Origin: Dimorphilus gyrociliatus
Lineage: Eukaryota; Animalia; Annelida
Assembly (NCBI GenBank): GCA_904063045.1
Contig: CAJFCJ010000014.1
Span: 1,175,643 to 1,239,642, forward strand
Direction: 5' to 3'
DNA: 64,000 nucleotides
Below, in pieces: positions 62,103 to 64,000 of the stretch. How positions within the stretch are numbered: the first letter of the stretch is position 1; each line of letters begins with the position of its first letter. The notes below the pieces were generated by a model that was given only the letters and a program-made list of their open reading frames with translations, did not search any database and was not told the origin of the DNA. The position numbers and the translations under genes are program-made.

Positions 62103-63853
62103 TTAATCAAGTTGTTTAAATAAAAATTTAACTTCTCTTAATTTAGAGGCAGATTTTGTCAAGTATTTTGACTGCTTTGGTGAGTCGATAATGCTACGAA
62201 CTTTTAGTAATAGACTATTGCATTCTTTGCATCTTTGAAAACGTTCTTCCCTGGAAATATCTACGGAATTACTACTTGGCGGGGTTGATATGTTGGCTTT
62301 GATAACTGAGGCGAAGCACTGAAGTATTGTTCTCACTGATGTAAGACTAACTAAGACATGACTGAAAAAAATTTAAACTATAATGAAAGAAAAGTGTAAA
62401 ATCAAAATTCATCTTACTTTTCATATTTACTATTCAATAATTCAATAAGACTTGGTAGAATAATTACGGCAAGATCAAGAGTCCAAAGAGAACTAAAGAA
62501 ATAAAAAAAGTTAATGTTTTTTGAAGTATTGTTTTACTTAAAACAAATATACTTTTTCTTTAACACAATTTCTAATAAATCGACAATTATTGAGGGATCT
62601 TTCATCCCTATTGCTGTTTCGATAGATGTTCTTATATTTCCTGCAGACCAAAGCACTCTAACGATTTGTAAATTTTTTGCTCTAGCCTGTAAAGCTTCTA
62701 TCATTGACGAATGACCTTTGATCAGTGATGCGGGAATTTCTGCTCTTGAAGCATTAGCATCACTATTTGTTTTTGGCATGAAGTCACTCATATTTATCAT
62801 TGGTTCCACATTCATCACGTCTTTGTCTTCAATAGGTTCAATGTTCGAATTTGGTTCCGCCTTATGTTCAATCTTAAGAATATTTTTTGTGGGATCCTCT
62901 TTTAAGACTTTCACTTTAAATTTATTCTCTGTTTCTTTCGTTTCTTTGTCGGGTTTTTTCGGAGTATAGAGTTTTTGGACAGGAGGAGTTCCTTGATGAG
63001 ATTTCTTTGGCCTAGTTGGTTTATCATCTCGCTTAAAAGGCTTATGCTTCTCAATTAATTCTTTTTCAAAATTTTCTCTATCGTCATTGGAAGCGTTAGG
63101 TCGAAGAAGACTTTGAGTAACCTGATATGTTGCAACATTTGTGCCGGAATGAGAAACTCCCACTATATAATCTTTACAAAATGCCAAGTCGCTTAAATTG
63201 CCCCATCCAGTTTTCACTGAATCTAGATATTCATTAGGTTCCCAACTATATACCTTTAAATAATCATTGCATGCAGCATAAACACAGTTCTCCGTAGAAT
63301 GAAATTTCACACATTTATAATCTGATGTAGTATCAGATGATTTAGATGAACCTAATGATTTAAAAACATCAATATCCCAAAAAGTTAAAGTTCGATCGGC
63401 TGTAGCAAAACATAGAAGGAATTCATTTGGATGAAATGCAACTGCTTTAACTGCAGCATTGGCCGACAACTGCGATATCTGCTTTCCAGAAGTAATATCA
63501 AAAATCCTAACTGTTGAGTCGTCTGAACCAGAACAGAACCATCGTCCATCTGGACTAAACTGAACACAATTGATACCCGCACTATGCCCACGATACGAGT
63601 AGACACAAGCTTTACGTTCTATATCCCAAAATTTAATATTTGTATCGTTACTACCAGATAAAATATAACGATCCGTCCAAGGATGAAAGTCAATAGTTTT
63701 CACGTTTGACTTGTGCCCGCTTAAAGTTCTAACGATTTTGCACTGTTCCAAATTCCACACTTTGAGACAGCCTGAAGACGAACCTGCTGCTATTAATTCT
63801 TCACTTTTGTTAAATTGAACACATTCTACTCCACTAGTATGACCAGAAAGGGT
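62103..63853 (-). CDS. KATNB1: Katanin p80 WD40 subunit B1 (5' part outside the window)
   Basis: LSGHTSGVECVQF, RTLSGHKSNVKTIDFHP, SGSNDTNIKFWD, FSPDGRW, FHPNEFLL and the C-terminal con80 region (GHSSMIEALQAR...WTLDL...SKYE...VDISREERFQRC). Confidence 0.93.
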
Positions 63854-64000
63854 CTGTTTATAAATATTTATATTAATTTTAAACAAACAGTATTTCTAAG
63901 AAAAGAAAATAAAAACTAAAAAAAAGTAAATTTTCAGGAATAGATTTCTTGTATTGTTGCTATTAAAAATATTTTTCTTTTTTTTTTGCAGTTTTGCAGC

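Noticed and set aside
1-64000. CRISPR arrays, tRNA, rRNA, known miRNAs, autonomous transposases or RT genes
   Set aside because: None recognised by eye on either strand; the sequence is eukaryotic. tRNAscan-SE, Infernal and RepeatModeler would be needed to exclude divergent copies.

Overview
AT-rich (about 70% by eye), gene-dense metazoan genomic DNA with mostly short (about 50-70 nt) GT-AG introns. The style fits a miniaturised spiralian genome such as the annelid Dimorphilus gyrociliatus; this is an unverified inference. The ORF track is only a rough guide here, because most genes are spliced and its TTG/GTG starts are not real, so I rebuilt gene models by hand from splice sites and reading phase. 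Conserved genes recognised: RBM4/lark-like, OSBPL9-like, TM6SF, Dispatched, a 7TM GPCR, FAM161, UBR7, a PPC/DUF296 protein, MAPKBP1/WDR62, ABHD12, SETD3 and KATNB1 (partial). A U11 snRNA gene, invisible to the ORF track, lies at 10731-10874 (-). The most unusual content is: (1) two divergent, intact, intronless genes encoding only the CCHC knuckle plus restriction-like endonuclease end of R2/HERO-type retrotransposons, with no reverse transcriptase, each altered at a different catalytic motif; (2) a roughly 11 kb innate-immunity locus where a ~1790-aa NACHT-LRR with degenerate Walker B and winged-helix motifs is flanked by four paralogous genes made of tandem death-fold domains; (3) a Delta-like MNNL(C2)-DSL-C2 protein with no EGF repeats or membrane anchor; (4) an orphan single-pass membrane protein with a Met/Gly/Gln-rich tail; (5) repeated TA-CAG-TA/TA-CTG-TA motifs identical to Tc1/mariner excision footprints. 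I recognised no tRNA, rRNA, CRISPR array or complete autonomous transposon.
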